From: a virus
DNA: 19,186 bases
Reading direction: 5' to 3' (one strand)
UHGV virus genome: UHGV-1604764
Positions within the stretch are counted from its first letter, which is position 1; every line of letters begins with the position of its first letter. Below the pieces are notes generated by a model. The model did not search any database. It had not been told where the DNA came from and worked only from the letters and a program-made list of their open reading frames with translations. The position numbers and the translations under genes are program-made. Shown here piece after piece: positions 17,571 to 19,186 of this stretch.

Positions 17571-18145
17571 CAAACGATGATTACATCCGTCTGTTGTCGG
17601 CACTGTTGCCCCCCGGTCCGGCGTGGTCAGCCAGCGATCCGGCGATTGCCGGTGCGGCACCGTCATTAACCCGCGTTCATCAGCGTGCGGATGCCCTGAT
17701 GCGGGAGCTGGATCCGCGCACCACCACCGAACTGATAAATCGCTGGGAGCGTCTGTGCGGCCTGCCGGATGAATGTATTCCCGCAGGGACACAGACCCTT
17801 CGCCAGCGTCAGCAACGACTGGATGCGAAGGTTAACCTGGCGGGCGGCATCAATGAGGATTTTTACCTTGCACAGCTTGCTGCCCTGGGCAGACCAGACG
17901 CCACCATCACGCGATACGACAAAAGCACGTTCACCTGCTCATCGGCCTGTACTGACGCGGTGAATGCGCCGGAATGGCGGTATTACTGGCAGGTCAACAT
18001 GCCAGCCGCCACCAACACCACCTGGATGACATGTGGCGATCCCTGTGATTCCGCACTGCGTATCTGGGGCGACACCGTTGTCGAGTGTGTGCTTAACAAA
18101 CTCTGCCCGTCGCATACCTACGTAATTTTTAAATATCCGGAGTAA
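17561..18145 (+). CDS. Baseplate/tail protein (Mu gp48-like, DUF2313/YmfQ-like; P2 gpI analogue)
   Basis: 194 aa. Overlaps the J-like gene end. Immediately precedes the tail fibre gene, as in Mu-like tail modules. Confidence 0.65.
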   Translation: MDVTNDDYIRLLSALLPPGPAWSASDPAIAGAAPSLTRVHQRADALMRELDPRTTTELINRWERLCGLPDECIPAGTQTLRQRQQRLDAKVNLAGGINEDFYLAQLAALGRPDATITRYDKSTFTCSSACTDAVNAPEWRYYWQVNMPAATNTTWMTCGDPCDSALRIWGDTVVECVLNKLCPSHTYVIFKYPE

Positions 18146-18148
18146 TCC

Positions 18149-18772
18149 ATGCATCGTATAGACACGAAAACCGCGCAGAAGGATAAGTTCGGCGCGGGTA
18201 AGAACGGTTTTACCCGTGGTAATCCCCAGACTGGTACGCCTGCCACCGATCTGGATGATGACTACTTTGACATGTTGCAGGAGGAGCTTTGCAGCGTTGT
18301 GGAGGCATCCGGTGCCAGCCTGGAGAAGGGGCGGCATGACCAGTTGCTTACCGCACTTCGCGCACTGCTGTTAAGCCGCAATAATCCGTTTGGTGATATC
18401 AAATCGGACGGCACGGTACCAACGGCTCTCGAAAACCTTGGTTTGGGAGAAGCGGCAAAACGGAATGTGGGAACAGGGGAAAATCAGATACCTGATATGT
18501 CAGCTTATTCATCAGGATCTGGCTGGCAAAAATTGCCTGATGGTTCAATTGAACAGTGGGGAAGAATTAATTTCCCGAATAACGCCGCGGCGGTATCTAC
18601 AAATGTGACTTTCACCATTCCTTTTACGCAGGAGCCAGACGTAGTGATTGTATATGACGGCGGTTTTGGTGGTGGGAATATGTGGGGCGCAACTAACTGG
18701 ACGAAAACAGGTTTCGTTGCTCATTGTAACTATGGCTTTGAAGGTGGAGCCTTCTACGCGAAAGGGCGTTAA
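18149..18772 (+). CDS. Tail fibre protein (short; constant N-terminal part plus variable C-terminal part)
   Basis: 207 aa. GGAG RBS. Contains a Din-invertase-type crossover site at about codon 93. GC content drops after that point. Confidence 0.75.
   Translation: MHRIDTKTAQKDKFGAGKNGFTRGNPQTGTPATDLDDDYFDMLQEELCSVVEASGASLEKGRHDQLLTALRALLLSRNNPFGDIKSDGTVPTALENLGLGEAAKRNVGTGENQIPDMSAYSSGSGWQKLPDGSIEQWGRINFPNNAAAVSTNVTFTIPFTQEPDVVIVYDGGFGGGNMWGATNWTKTGFVAHCNYGFEGGAFYAKGR
18426..18451. other. Gin/Hin/Pin/Cin-type (Din family) invertase crossover site inside the tail fibre gene
   Basis: CTCTCGAAAACC-TT-GGTTTGGGAGAA: two imperfect 12-bp inverted half-sites (9/12 self-complementary) around a central TT. 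Matches the hixL sequence as I recall it at 19 of 26 positions. Confidence 0.65.
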
Positions 18773-18774
18773 TT

Positions 18775-19186
18775 ATGAAATATTTGTATGTTGATAATCT
18801 GGCGTACCCTTATGCCCTCCAGTCTGTTTACGCTGCAAAAGGCCAATGGCCCGAAGGTAAAGGCGTGGATATAGACGAAGCTATTTTCAGGGAATATTTC
18901 CATGATACGCCGCCTGACGGTAAGTACAGAATTACCGGAGACGATGGAATGCCAGCATGGGCAGATGTTCCACCGCCAACACGTGAAGAACAAATTGCAT
19001 CAGCCGCAACTAAAAAGCAGCAATTGATTAATCAGGCCAACGATTATATGAACAGTAGACAATGGGCTGGTAAAGCGGCTATTGGTCGTCTGAAAGGTGA
19101 GGAACTGGCGCAATATAATTTGTGGCTGGATTATCTGGACGCACTGGAGCTGGTCGATACTTCCAGTGCACCAGATATTGAATGGC
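18775..19186 (+). CDS. Tail fibre assembly protein (Tfa family), 3'-truncated by window end
   Basis: ATG 18775, 2 nt after the fibre stop. Open to the end of the window (137 codons, checked manually for stops). MKYLYVDN... N-terminus and ...DTSSAPDIEW tail are typical of Tfa chaperones. Confidence 0.75.
   Translation, partial: MKYLYVDNLAYPYALQSVYAAKGQWPEGKGVDIDEAIFREYFHDTPPDGKYRITGDDGMPAWADVPPPTREEQIASAATKKQQLINQANDYMNSRQWAGKAAIGRLKGEELAQYNLWLDYLDALELVDTSSAPDIEW

Overview
The window is almost entirely the late (packaging and virion-structure) operon of a temperate tailed phage or prophage from an enterobacterial-type host. All supported genes are on the + strand and tightly packed, many with ATGA/TAATG stop-start overlaps. 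Order: HNH endonuclease, GC-rich candidate cos region, terminase small subunit (P27-like), terminase large subunit, a small two-helix membrane protein, HK97-type portal, prohead protease, HK97-type major capsid protein, head-tail connector proteins, then a Mu-like contractile tail module (DUF2635-like, sheath, tube, chaperone with a -1 frameshift, tape measure, DNA-circulation protein, baseplate hub, spike, gp46-like, J-like, gp48-like), a short tail fibre gene carrying a Gin/Hin/Pin-type crossover site, and a tail-fibre assembly gene truncated by the window end. This HK97-like head plus Mu-like tail mosaic resembles the SfV/e14 lineage (from memory, not searched). The standout is a ~0.5 kb AT-rich single-gene insertion (moron) between the tape measure and DNA-circulation genes, with its own promoter-like and terminator signals, encoding a ~125 aa soluble protein that resembles a bacterial PH-like domain (bPH_1/DUF1696) by my recollection. 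No rRNA, tRNA, CRISPR array, integrase or transposase was seen. All functional calls rest on motif recognition and gene order without database searches.
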